Below, piece by piece: positions 23,882 to 37,439 of a stretch of DNA of 64,000 nt. A model generated the notes under the pieces. It made no database searches. It worked only from the letters and a program-made list of their open reading frames with translations, and had not been told where the DNA came from. Numbering within the stretch: position 1 is the stretch's first letter; each line of letters opens with the position of its first letter. A program made the translations under genes and the position numbers. The DNA is taken from the NCBI RefSeq assembly GCF_006345805.1, contig NC_043011.1, positions 1 through 64,000 of the forward strand, given 5' to 3'. Source of the DNA: Octopus sinensis. Lineage: Eukaryota.

Positions 23882-25930
23882 CCATCAGCGTCATCCTCAT
23901 CGTCGTTTTCCTTGTCATTCATCTTGCTTCTCCTTGCTTCCCATCATCATTACTGTAAACATGAACATCATCATCTTCAGCAGCATCATTTTCCTACTCC
24001 TCCTCCTCCTCTCCTCATCGTATCATGTTCATCATCATCATTATCATCACCACCAGCAACCATCGTCAGCATTAACATCCTTAACCGCGTTATTTGGTAG
24101 CAAAACACCCCTAAAGCAGACCCTACCAAACTTGCAATGTCGGCAGAATACCATCAGTGAGGATATGCTTACCATTCCGACATATTTCTATCAGCAGAAA
24201 ACCAATGAACAAATCAGGCCCCATCAATCCGCCACAACTGCAACCACCGCAACCACTGCCACCACCACCACTACCACTACCACCAATGCAAGCACTAAGC
24301 CACAAACACCACCACCATCATTACAACCACAACCACCGCCACCCCCATCATCACCACCACCTTCACCACCACCACTACCACAACCATCAGTACCACCACC
24401 ACCGCCACCACTACCACCACCGCCCACAACCTTCACAACCACAACCATCAGTACCACCACCACGACCACTACCACAACCATTAGTACCACCACCACACCC
24501 ACAACCATCATTACCACCGCCACCGCCACCACTACCGCAGCCATTAGTACTACCACCACGACCACTACCACAACCATCAGTACCACCACCACCCCTACCA
24601 CAACCATCAGTATCACCACCGCCACCGACACTACCACAACAATCAGTACCACGACCACGACCACTACCACAACCATCAGTACCACCACCACCGAAACCAT
24701 CTCCGACAACCCCATCATTGAATACCATCAGTGAAGGACATGCTTACTATTCCAACATATCACTACCAGCAGAAAGTCAATTAACAAATTAAGCCCCACC
24801 ACCACCATCACTAACACCACCACTACCAACACTAACACCACCACGATCACAATCACAACCATCAGTACTACCACCACCACCACCATCCCCACTACCACCT
24901 GCTATAACCCCACCACCATCACGACCAACGCTACAACCGGCACGACATACACCACCACGACCACCACCGCCAACACCATCACCACCAATTTCGCCACCAC
25001 CAGCACAAGCAGCAGCACCACCACCACCACCACCACCACAACAACAACAAGAAGCCTCAGCACCAATACCATCACCAGCACCCCCACCCTTCACCTCCAT
25101 ACCAAACACAAGTCACGAATCCAAGAATAAAAGACTTGAACCTACCAAACTTGCTTCTTTTCTTAATAGTCTTTGCCGAAGAATTCCCGTTTGTGGCTGT
25201 TGTTGTTATTAACGTCGTCATCGTCATCGTTAGGCTTATTAATGACGTCGTCCATGTTATTATTATTATTATTATCATTATTGGTGTTGTTATTGTCATT
25301 GTTGTTGTAGCTTTGTTGATTATTTTCGTTTTTATCACAATCGCAATCTTCCTTTTTCTTACTCTTCTAATTAATGTTTCAATAATTGCTGTTGTTGTTG
25401 TTGTCATTATTAATATGATTGTTATTATTATTGTCACTCTCATTTACGCCCCTCTGGCTAATACAAGAAATTCTTCGTTTTCTTCTTCTTCTTCTTCTTC
25501 TTCTTCTTCATCATCTCCTTCTTCTTCTTCTTCTTCTCCTTCTTCTTCTTCTTCATCATCTTCTTCTTCATCTCCTCCTCCTTCTTCTTCTTCGTCTTCT
25601 CCTTCACCTTCTTCTTCTTCTCCTTCTTCTTCTTCTCCTACTTCTTCTTCATCTTCTTCATCTTCTTCTTCATCTCCTCCTCCTTCTTCTTCTTCGTCTT
25701 CTCATTCACCTTCTTCTTCTTCTTTTTCTTCTTCTTCATCATCTTCCTTCACCTTCTCTCCTTCTCTCTCTTCTTCTTCTTTTTCTTCTCCTTCTTCGTC
25801 TTCTCCTTCACCTTCTCCTCCTCCTCCTCCTTCTCCTTTTTCTTGTATTTTTATTGCTTGCTGTATACTTGTTACCATTCTTTTATGTTATTATTGTTGG
25901 TATTCTTGGTATTCTTGTAATTCTTATTGT
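22930..25930. repeat. 3-kb compound trinucleotide field (CAT, CAC, CTA, ACC, TTC) with a ~30-36-bp minisatellite at 24385-24700
   Basis: Seen directly; unit cagtaccaccaccacgaccactaccacaaccat and variants. Confidence 0.9.
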
Positions 25931-26789
25931 TAATGTCATTGTTGTTATTGTTCTTCTTGATGTCTTTAATAATTTTACTCTTCCTCTTGTCGTCTTCGTC
26001 GCTGTTGTTGGAGTATTTAAACGTTTATGGCTAAAACTTAACTAATAACGGAAGTGTTCTTGCTTGGCAAGCGATACAATCTAAACATTTAACATTTGTC
26101 ACCAAATAAAAAATAATAAATGTTTCGTGAAGTTAACAGTCTTTGCATGTCTTTCAATGGCTAAGATGTCTACTTTATGCTGTAATTAAGGAATTATTTT
26201 GCTTCAAGTTTTATCTCAACGATTTTGAATGTTGAATAAAGTACAGAGTTATGTATCCATGTCTTCCTTTAATCTGTTGTCCTCTTACCCTGAACCCAAT
26301 ACGATGAATATGTTATCGTATGCTTAGGCCTTTTCGTTCTACACTCATTTCTGTCATGACAATATGGAAATTTGAATACGAGGGTGCTAACTTAGCACCC
26401 ATGGCTATACCATCGCATTTCTTATTAAAGCATAACTCTCAAACATATGTTCTGAGAAGTGGAAATAATTTCATACATTCGTATATGTATGTATAGTAAG
26501 ATTATATTATATATATATATATATTATATAAAGGGCTTAGTAAAATAAATTACTTTGCCGCCATCTGAACTCATTGAAATAGCAGCCAAAAAAACTTTTT
26601 TAAAGCTATTTCTAAAAGTTTTTTGGCTGCTATTTCTAATGAGTTCAGTATGCGCAAGTAAATTTATTTTACTAAGCCTTTTATTAATGTAATAATTGAA
26701 TTCGCCTGAATGGTCCCTTTGCATACTGAACACTTGGTGAAATTGATTAATAATTAATTAATTTTGCCCTCAATTGTTGAAATTATTAT

Positions 26790-26849
<60 letters not shown>

Positions 26850-26851
<2 letters not shown>

Positions 26852-27007
26852 GGAAGTAAAACACATAATATGAAATAAGGTGGAAAAACGTGTACTCAAA
26901 TACAGAGGTAGAGTAATATGCTTTTTTAAAAGCAACAGAAATTTAACAAAAGCTGTTCCGTCGTCGGACAGTCTTGTTAAAACAAATTTCTGCTGCTTTT
27001 AAATAAA
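26850..27007. mobile_element. Penelope-type tail fragment with short fold-back, between (TA)n tracts
   Basis: Arms tttaaaagcaacagaaattt / aaatttctgctgcttttaaa. The upstream part is shared with 44705-44910. Confidence 0.55.
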
Positions 27008-27056
<49 letters not shown>

Positions 27057-27155
27057 TATATAAACATATATGTGTGGTGTATGGGGGTGTGTATAATTAT
27101 AAACACACACACACAAACGCGCACACACAAACACACACACACAAACGCGCACACA

Positions 27156-27191
<36 letters not shown>

Positions 27192-27220
27192 TATATATAT
27201 ATATATAATACTTATATATA

Positions 27221-28095
27221 CAGAGGTCGGACAAAATAAAAGAAACACCTTAAAATTTCAAACAAATTTATTTCAAAATGGGTCAGGACCGCATTTGGCA
27301 GTAGTTACAGCTAGAATTGTACGAGGTATGGACTCGTACAAAGTTTGAATTGTTTCCAAAGGAATCTTTGTCCATTCTTCAGCTAAAACAGTCTCCAGTT
27401 CTTGTAGTGAGGATGATGGAGGATATCGACTCCTTACTTGTTTTTCTAAAACGCACCATAAACATTCAATAATATTGAAATCTGGGGACTGTGGTGACCA
27501 GATAAGATGTTCAAATTCATTCGAATGTTCCTCGTGCCATTCAGTAACAAATCCAGCTGTCGGAATTGGTGCATTATCATCCTGAAAGATTGTTTTTGCC
27601 TCCGGAAACAGTTCCGCAACCATAAGATGAATTTGATCAGATAAAATGCTTAAGTAGTCTTGACTATTAATTCTGCCATGAAAGGAAACCATTGGACCAG
27701 CGGATTTCCAAGATATAGCCCCCCACCAGATCATCACAGATCCTCTTCCATGTATAACAGTTGAAAGAAGGCAGTCTGGATCAAATGCTTCCTTTGGCTA
27801 TGTCCACACGTATACTCGGCTGGGTGGTCGGAAATAAGGTAACGGATGACTCGTCCGAGAAAACATTCTTCCACCGCTCTAGGGACCTATTCTGTAGGTT
27901 TTTACTCCACTCTATACGCTGTGCAACGTCTGTTTTTGAAAGTAGGGATTTTCTGATTGCAGCCCTCCGGTCAAATCCGGCTTTTTGTAACTCCCGGCGA
28001 ACAGTTTTTGTAGAAACTGGGTTCTCGAGGTGGTTATTAAACTTTGCAGTAATTTTGGGAGGTGTACTTTTGTAATCCTTTCCAACAATTCGCGA
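27221..28095 (-). mobile_element. Tc1-like transposon with DD36E spacing (Incomer-type), 5'-truncated
   Basis: TA then TIR-like cagaggtcggacaaaata at 27221. Translation VSTKTVRRELQK...FSDESSVTLFPT and FQDDNAPIPTAGFVTEWHEEHSNEFEHLIWSPQSPDFNIIE gives 36 residues between D and E. Frameshifted. Confidence 0.85.
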
Positions 28096-28178
28096 TATAT
28101 ATATATATATATATATTATACATGCATGCATACATACATACATACATACATACATGCATACATACATACATACATACA

Positions 28179-28209
<31 letters not shown>

Positions 28210-28729
28210 GTATGTATGTATATATTCTTTCAGTGTTCTGTTCTGTTTTAACCAGAAATGATTCTGATGAAAGTAGGATTAATTTTATTTCGGTCGTTCA
28301 GTATTTCTCAAATGATCAATACACCAACTGAGTAAACCTATCAATAACGTACCTATAATTGTTGCTGGAAACATCTGTAAGCCAAATTTGCCCCAATAAA
28401 GGAAAAATATGTAGTAACCCTTATTTTTAAGTGGGTTTATATATCAGTGTCTGTAAATACCAGTTTGTCCGGAGCCCATCCACCGATTTGCAAAATAGAA
28501 TTGTGATAAACAATAACCCTGGACCCTTCCATAAGAATACCTGGAGTTCTTCACTAATCTAAATAAAATTGTTAGCCTGGTATTCTCACAGAATCCTTTT
28601 GTACGGATTGCTAATCCCTCACTATTTGTCCTAAAGAACTCTGGCCGAAATAAGATTAAGATTGATGTAAAAATTAAATAACACTGAAGCAAAGTAACAT
28701 TGGCTAAACTGGCAAAATGATCATTCCGA

Positions 28730-28740
28730 AATATAATAAT

Positions 28741-28798
<58 letters not shown>

Positions 28799-29888
28799 CT
28801 ATATATTACTTTTATAAATATACATGTGGGTATATATACTTATCTATACGAACATATATATATTATGTATATATTATGTATATATATATTGTATATATTA
28901 TGTATATGTATACACATACATTCATACCCACACACATAGGTATGTGTGCATGTGTCTGTGTGCGTATGTATTTATGCCTGTATATATTTCGTCATAGAGG
29001 GTTTCTTTTTGCAAAAAATCTATCGAATATCATTCCGATAAGTGTGCTTGTCAATGTTGACGATGGTGACGATGATGATGATGAGGATGATGAGGATGAT
29101 GATGATGATGATGATGATGATGTAATGAATGATGATGATGATGATGCTGATGATGATGCTTATGATGATGCTGATGTTGATGATGATGACGATGATGATA
29201 GTGATGATGATAGTGATGATGATGATGAGGATGATGATGATGATGGTGATGATGATGATGATGATGATGATGATGTTGATGCGGAGGATGGAGCCGTCAA
29301 GGAGGAAGAAGTAAAGGAGGCGGAGGAGACGAAAGAGTCGGAAGGAGGAGGAGGAGGAAGACGGGGCGGTGATGTTGACACTTATAATGACGATAATGGT
29401 GATCGTGCGAGCGATGACTTCGAACGTTTATAATAAAACCGAAAACGACTATGATGATGATGACGATGATGATGATGACGATGATGATGGTGAGGAGGAG
29501 ACAATGATGAAGGTCACGAAAACGTAATTAATTATGTTTTTGAAGCAGCCGTTGTTTTGTTTTGTTTTGTTTGCTTTCCTAGTCTTGTTTTTCTTGTCTT
29601 TGTAATCATTGTTGTTGTTATTTCCTATGATGGTGTTGTTGTTGTTGTGATGGTGGTTTTTTTTGGTGTTGTTTTTGATGATGTTGTTATTGTTGTCGTC
29701 TCTTCCGAAACGTTGATTGTGATTCAGTATTTGGTACAGATGTATTGATTTACAACAACAAGACTTACAAAATTTAGACACCACCACCACCACCACCACC
29801 ACCACCACCACCATCATCATCACCATCAACAACAATAACAAATAATTTTGTTATTAGTAATACTACAAAATGTCTCCGGTTCCGATAC

Positions 29889-29939
<51 letters not shown>

Positions 29940-29943
29940 CGAC

Positions 29944-30000
<57 letters not shown>

Positions 30001-30014
30001 AGTGATGATGATAG

Positions 30015-30109
<95 letters not shown>

Positions 30110-30110
30110 A
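28730..30110. repeat. (TA)n, (GAT)n, (GTT)n and (CAC)n arrays
   Basis: Seen directly; poly-D/M/H ORFs are by-products. Confidence 0.9.
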
Positions 30111-30117
30111 TGGTGAT

Positions 30118-32153
30118 GGAGTGTCATCTGGAGCAAAGACAAGTAGCACAAGAAGGATGTTGAATGGTTGCAAGAACTGAAACAAACAGAAGTCTGTCCA
30201 AAACAGAGAGAACTATTCATTTCAGTTAGGGAAGTGATGGAAATCAGCAAAGAAATGAGCAACTGGAAAGCCCCGGGACCAGATGGAGTTTAAGGCTACT
30301 GGATCGAAAGATTTGGTGAACTCCTGATAGAAAAAACTGTACTCAGAGACTGCAAGAGGAGGAAGAGTAACTTAGCCACGTCATGGATCGACTATCGTAA
30401 GGCTTACAATATGATCCCACATTCTTGGATTATGGAGAGTATGAACCTGTTTGGGATTGCATCGGTTGTTGAGCGATTGCTTGAAAAAAGTATGGCGAAT
30501 TGGAGGACGGACCTGACAGTATACAGAAGAAGTTTGGGGACAGTAGAAATTAGGAGGGACATCTTCCAAGGAGATTGCCTGTCCACGCTGATCTTTGCAC
30601 TGTGCTTGATACCACTAGCACTGATTCTGAGGAAAGCAAAAGCTGGATATGTATTCAAAAGCCACCAACAAATAGTCAACCATTTGTTATTCATGGATGA
30701 CCTCAAACTTTATGGTAAAGGTGAAGCCCAATTCAGTTCCCTCGTTGATACAGTGTATACCTTCAGTGCTGATATAAGAATGGAGTTCGGACTGAAAAAG
30801 TGTGGTGAGTTAGTCTTGAAAAGAGGCAAAATCAAATTTATGGACGGGCTAACGATACCGTCGGGGGAGGTTATGAAGCAGATAGAAGAGACAAGCTATA
30901 AGTACTTGGGGATTTTGGAAATGGATAAATTAATAGAGAAAGAAATGACAGAAAAATTTAAGGTGGAGTACTTACGCAGACTGAGACTGATCCTTAAGTC
31001 TAAATTAAACGGACGGAATAAGATCGAAGCTATCAACACCTGGGCGATTTCACTCTTTAGATATGGAGCAGAGGTAAACAGCTTAGGCAGAAAGACAAGG
31101 AAGTTGCTAACTAGATATGGTCACTCAGCCCAAAATGTGACATATACCAAGAAAAAGAGGGGGATATGACTTATTGGATGTGAACACAGCATTAGAGCAG
31201 AAGAAAACAACATAGCATGGTATGTAAAAATGCCACAGAACCGCTATTATCAGAAGAAGGTCAGGCTTGTGTAGGATGAAAGACTGCAAAGATAAAGCAC
31301 TATACAAGAAATTGAAAACGAATGAAACTGAAAATAGGTGGTTAAAGAAAAGAATGCCTGATCAATTACATAGGGCAGTTGAAGGTAAGAAAGACAGAGA
31401 AAAAAGATGGCTGTGGATGACTAAAATAGATTTAAAACCGGAAACAGAGGCTCCTATCTGTGCTGCCCAAGAGCAAGCACTAACAATAAACTACATAAAA
31501 TACAGAATAGACAACAAATCAGAAAGTGATAAGTGCAGAATCTGTGGACAAAACGGTGAAACCGTATGGCATATTTCCAGTCAATATACGCCACTAGCCC
31601 AGAAAGAACATGAGAGACGCCACGGCAATATAGCCAGGCTTGTCCATTGGACACTTTGCAACAAGTATGGACTTGACAGAGCAAAACATTGGTGCGACCA
31701 CCTGAAAGCATTGCCGAAAATAGAAATGCAAATATCCTATGGGATTTTATGATTCAGTGCGATCGTGAGTTGGAGAATAGGAAGCCGGACGTAGTGTTAA
31801 TTGAGAAAGAAAACAAGCTATGCTGGATCATAGACATAGCATGCCCAGCTGACTACAAGGTATGCGATAAGGAAGAAAGAAAAGTCGAATGATATGACAG
31901 GTTAGCTTGGGAAGTTATGCAGTTGTGGTCAATGAAAAAGGTGGTAGTAGTACCAATAATTGTCAGAGGCCTGGGAATAGTGGAAGAAATAGGGGCTGCA
32001 ATAAGAGTGGAGCACTTGCAGAAAACAGCACTGCTTGGAACTGCTCGAATACTCCGGAAGTTGCTCGAAAAATAAGAGGTGTTACCTTAGTTCCTGTAGT
32101 GAACACGCTGACACTGTAGTACATCTCCAGCGTAGAAGCTGTGCAAGGGCAAT
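30118..32153 (+). mobile_element. R4/Dong-type non-LTR retrotransposon (RT + CCHC-like + restriction-like endonuclease), 5'-truncated and decayed
   Basis: WKAPGPDG, DYRKAYNMIPHSW, IFQGDCLS, LFMDDLKLY (RT), CRICGQNGETVWHI (zinc knuckle), RKPDVVL...IIDIACP (PD..D endonuclease). Ends in (TAA)n. Confidence 0.88.
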
Positions 32154-32167
32154 ATAATAATATAATA

Positions 32168-32219
<52 letters not shown>

Positions 32220-32245
32220 TAATAATAATATTAATAATAATAATA

Positions 32246-32662
32246 ATGCCAACAGACCAGATATAGTTGTCAGAGACCATGAAGAAAAAAATGCTTTCTA
32301 ATTGATGTTCTCAATACTGGCAGATGACAACGTGTCTCTAAAAGAAATGGAGAAACTCTCAAAATACAAAGACCTGGAAATAGAGGTAACTAGAATGTGG
32401 AATCTGAAACAGAAACAATTCCTATCATAGTGGTGCATTAGGCATGATAAAAAATGTTCAGACAAATACATAACAAAAAAAACCAGGACTTACAAACACA
32501 TATAACATACAAAAATTGCACTACTAGGCACTGCACACATCCTCGCAGAACACTTTCCATACAATAACCATCAGAGCATCACACACAATCACAGCACATA
32601 CCAAGGCACACAGAGCTGCGCTCGGTAGTGAAGTGAAAGCACGCTATAAAAATAAACTACTG
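32246..32662 (+). mobile_element. Second R4/Dong-type family, 3' fragment (endonuclease domain + 3' UTR)
   Basis: ANRPDIVVRDHEEK..LIDV....DDNVSLKEMEKLSKYKDLEIEVTRMW...IALLGTAHIL, bounded by (TAA)n on both sides. Confidence 0.8.
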
Positions 32663-32874
32663 AATAATGATAATATAAAATAATAATGATAATAGTAATA
32701 GTAATGATGATGATGATGATGATGATGATGATAATATAATAATAATAATAATATAATAATAATAATATAAAATAATAATAATAATATTAATAATATAATA
32801 ATAAGAATAATATAATAATAATAATAATAATAATAAGAATAATAATAATAATAATAATAATGATAATAATGATA

Positions 32875-32969
<95 letters not shown>

Positions 32970-32975
32970 TAATTA
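32663..32975. repeat. (TAA)n/(TGA)n compound microsatellite
   Basis: Seen directly; also (TAA)n at 32154-32245. Confidence 0.95.
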
Positions 32976-33004
32976 TAGTTTCATATTTTGCAAAAAGAGC
33001 AGCA

Positions 33005-33175
33005 ATTTTGCGGGAGGGGATGAGTCCATTATATCAACCCCAGTGTTTCACTGTTACTAAATTTATTGAACCCCGAAAGGATGAAAAACAAAATCGACCT
33101 CAGCGGAATTTGAAGTCAGAGTGTGGAGACGGACTATATGCCAATAAGCATTTTGACCGGCGTGCAAATGATTTC
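33005..33175 (-). mobile_element. SINE family A fragment
   Basis: ccccagtgtttcactg, gacctcagcggaatttgaagtcaga, aagcattttgaccggcgtgc. Confidence 0.7.
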
Positions 33176-34016
33176 TTTCCTTTCAAGTTTTGGCGCAAAG
33201 TGAACAGTCCCAGGAACTTACTGATGCCTATTTTATGCACACGATCAATAATAATGATATTAATTATAAATAAATACGAAGAAAATAGATATGAAATACA
33301 GCAATCTCTATTTTCATAAGGTAGACACATATAAAGGTATATCAAATACTATACAGTATAAATTCTTGGTTTATTAAAATTGTCTCTGCCTGAAGAGGAT
33401 GTATCTTGATTATCAAATGGTTATGAGACCTAGCTGCACATAAGAAGGGGGAGGTGATCTCACGATTGAAGAATATTTCGCAATCGACATACTATTTAAG
33501 GAACGGCCAGGAATACTGTCTTGAGGACATTCGTGGACACCTGTTTAGTTTCATTTCGATATTCCTTTCCTCTTTTACTCATGAAGCGAGGTATAACATC
33601 CGTTTCTTTACAGATAATCCGAAACTCATGGGAATGCGGGAGGAAGCTAACCCCAAACCGAATGCCTGTAAAAGGGGAGACTCCTCTAAAAAGCAGAATC
33701 CAACTTGCTTCTGTACAGTTTGCATCTACTGAATTTAGTCCACATATAAAGGGTTCAACTCGACTCCATAGAAAATGGTATTCGACTAAGCTACCACACG
33801 AAAGGTTCGAACTGGAGACGTTGTAGTTGCGGTAGACTTTCTCATCGAAACGAACTCTGTTGGGCGGGAATTTTGCTATGCAGCCACCTGTTTTCAGTTT
33901 CAGTTCCACTGTGCAACATCTTCGAGTGCACCGGTGACCTATGCCTTGTGTGTAGTTTTCGTCGACGGAAACTGCATGGAAGACTGTTATATATTACATA
34001 TATATACATATATATA

Positions 34017-34081
<65 letters not shown>

Positions 34082-34133
34082 ATATTATATATATATACAT
34101 ACATGCATACCTTATGCATATATATATATATAT

Positions 34134-34166
<33 letters not shown>

Positions 34167-34733
34167 CTATATAATATATAGATATATATTTGTATTTATA
34201 GAGCGTTAATCACTTACAGTATGCAAAATAGGGACTCCCTCATGTAACTGCTACATTTGTTGAGTATACAAGCAGTCTGACTGCTTGTTTCTCTGGAGAC
34301 TGTCAGAATGATGTAGACGCCTCTGATGAAAACCCATTAAAGTTGTTTATTGTTTGTTTTTTACATTCAGCGAGAAATGGCTCAAATTTGCACTCTTTAT
34401 ATTTATACCTTATGTTACATATATATTATATCATACCTTGATACAGTGTGCACTAAGATCCCCTTTGACAGGTTGATGGTATTTATAGAGTTTTAAACAC
34501 TTTCGGTTTGCAAATGGGGGATTCCCTCATAGAATAACTGCTGCATTTATTGAGCATATAAACATTTTGGTTGCTTGTTTCTCTGGAGACTGCCAGAATA
34601 ACACGTAAATACACACACATACACATACTAAGTATGTCTACCTGCTGGAAATAACAGTCAAAACTCAATATATCTTCGCCAATTAGTTTTTCGTTAATTA
34701 TTTTCTTTCTAGTGAATTGACTAAATCGTATTG

Positions 34734-34789
<56 letters not shown>

Positions 34790-34792
34790 AAA

Positions 34793-35150
34793 GCACTCCG
34801 TCGGTTACGACGATGACGGTTCCGGTTGATCCGATCAACGGAACAGCCTGCTCGTGAAATTAACGTGTAAGTGGCTGAGCACTCCACAGACACGTGTACC
34901 CTTAACGTAGTTCTCGGGGATATTCCGCGTGACACAGAGAGTGACAAGGCCGGCCCTTTGAAATACAGGTACAACAGAAACAGGAAGTAAGAGTGAGAGA
35001 AAGTTGTGGTGAAAGAGTAGAGCAAGGATCCTCGTAGAGGTTTAGGTGTTTTCGCTCAATAAACACTCACAACGCCCGGTCTGGGAATCGAAACCGCGAT
35101 CCTATGACCGCGAGTCCGCTGCAGTAACCACTGGGCCATTGCGCCTCCAC
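34793..35150 (-). mobile_element. SINE family D, full length
   Basis: Reverse-complement head gtggaggcgcaatggcccagtggttactgcagcggactcgcggtcataggatcgcggtttcgattccc (A and B boxes) and complete tail. Confidence 0.88.
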
Positions 35151-35210
35151 ATACATACATACATATATATATATTATATAGATAGATAGTTATATATATG
35201 TATAGTTATG

Positions 35211-35242
<32 letters not shown>

Positions 35243-35247
35243 GATAT

Positions 35248-35295
<48 letters not shown>

Positions 35296-35524
35296 TCTGT
35301 ATATATATATATTAAAGAGACTTACATAAGTGGATATGTATTGTTTATAAACATAATGTATAAAGTCGAAACAAATTGTTGGCCATTTTGGTTTATTAAT
35401 GACTTTTATTTATTCTTATATTGTACTCACAGAATATTATGTCATATTATAACATAAATTGGATTGTCAATTGAATTCCTCTATCTAATTAATTGCTTAT
35501 ATATATATATATAAATATATATAA

Positions 35525-35997
35525 AGGTGCAGGAGTGGTTGTGTGGTAAGTAGCTTGCTTACCAACCACATGGTTCTGTGTTCAGTCCCACTTGTGGCAC
35601 CTTAGGCAGGTGTCTTCTACTATAGCCTTGTGAGTGGATTTGGTAGATGGAAACTGAAAGAAGCCCGTCGTATATATGAATATATATGTATGTGTTTGTT
35701 GTTTGTGTCTGTGTTTGTGGAGTCGCAATGGCCCAGTGGTTAGGGCAACGGACTCGCGATTGAGGGATCGTGGTTTCGATTCCCAGACCGGGCGTTGTGA
35801 GTGTTTATTGAGCGAAAACACCTAAAGCTCCACGATAGCTGCTGTACTCTTTCGCCACAACTTTCTCTCACTCTATCCTCTGTTGGCCTGTTGGCTTTAG
35901 CCAGCGGGGTGGCGTTATTTGAAACAATGCAAGCGCATTGTGACCAGCGATGTTTAGCAACATCTGATAGCTTGGTCGGTCACGCTGATCCGGTGAT
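35525..35997 (+). mobile_element. SINE B head (35525-35670) followed by SINE D (35716-35997)
   Basis: ggtgcaggagtggttgtgtggtaagtagc, then gtggagtcgcaatggcccagtggttagggc. Confidence 0.8.
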
Positions 35998-36599
35998 ATA
36001 ATATATATATATATATATATTATATAGACATATATATATATATATATATATATACTATACATATACTATATAATAATATATATAATGATACATATACATA
36101 TGTATATATAAATATATATGTGTACAGTACAGATATATACATATATATATGCGCTTGTGTTTCAGTAGACCTAAGGCCACATATTCAAATTGTGCATGTC
36201 GGATAGAGGGGACATTCCCTTCCCACGCAGAGTAAAGCAAAACACTAAAGACAAAAACAAAAATAATAAAAAATTTACGTAAAACAAAAGAAAGTATAAA
36301 CACGTTAAAAATTCCTTTGCAAGAAAATGAACTCCGATCTGCAACAAAGAAGACATCGGCGGATTGCAACGAAGAGAGGATGGCGGTGGCGGGGACAAGG
36401 AGTGTTTATGAAGAAGCGAGGAGAAGGACGAAGAAGATGGTAAAGAGAGCAAGAGTATTATAGGGCAGGGTGGAGGTGGGGTTAGAGGGGGGGATTAAAT
36501 GAAACAGGAAAGGAAAAGTAAAACGAGTTTCTAATAATTCTTTAGCCTTTAGGAAGTACATCGTCAATTCTCAGTAACAAACTCATCTATCAGCCGACA

Positions 36600-36907
36600 C
36601 ATTATTCCACCACCACCACCGCACCACCGCCACCACCACCGCCACCACCGCCACCACCGCTGTCGCCGCCGCTGCCACGACCACCACCTTCTATTACAGC
36701 CATTACACCATTCAAACCATCTTTAGAGTTCATGGCGATCACTGTCGCATCAACTCCCTTTTGCTACCATCAGTACCGATTCCTTGTCCAATGCTACCAC
36801 CACCACCACCACCACCACCACCAATTCCACCAATACTACTACGCCTGTTACTACTAATGCTACTACTGTTTTCTCTTAAGTCCACCATCTCTGATACCAC
36901 CCCACCC

Positions 36908-36981
<74 letters not shown>

Positions 36982-37200
36982 GCTACTTTTTCAGTGCTGA
37001 CAAGACTACCAACTGCACTCCATAATTTGCTATAATTCCGACATCAACACTAACGGCTGTCTCTATGACGACGGCGACGACGACGACGACGACTACGACG
37101 ACGAGAACAACGGCCACGAAGACCATGATGACGACCACGACCATCACCACCTCCACAACCACCACCTCCACCACCACTACTATCAATACCACAGAGCCAA
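36600..37200. repeat. (CAC)n/(CTA)n/(CGA)n low-complexity region
   Basis: Seen directly. Confidence 0.85.
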
Positions 37201-37439
37201 TGAAAGAGCCTGCCTTGTCTGCCTGATATAAATGTTTCGTTGTTTTGTAGAAGAGTTATAGGTACTCGTAGAGTAGAGCCAAGCGTATTCGCCAAAGAAT
37301 TCGGCAAAAGAAAGACCGATAACTTAAATATCAGGCTTAAAAATAATAAGTACTGCGTTTGATTTATTCCACTAAAATTTCTTCAAGTCGGTTCTCCACC
37401 ATAGCTGCAGTCAAACTTCTGAGGCAAGTACACTTAGAT

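Noticed and set aside
23748-24792. 328-aa and 211-aa mucin/extensin-like ORFs as genes
   Set aside because: Entirely within a trinucleotide field, all frames are similarly open, and no signal peptide or exon boundary is supported.
33382-33432. CUGAAGA GGAU...AUC AAA as a hammerhead
   Set aside because: G12 is missing and helices I and III cannot be drawn convincingly; possibly a decayed copy, not counted.
34793-35150. tRNA genes at SINE heads (also 46083, 59245, 11101)
   Set aside because: A and B boxes are present but there is no complete cloverleaf, and each continues into a shared SINE body.
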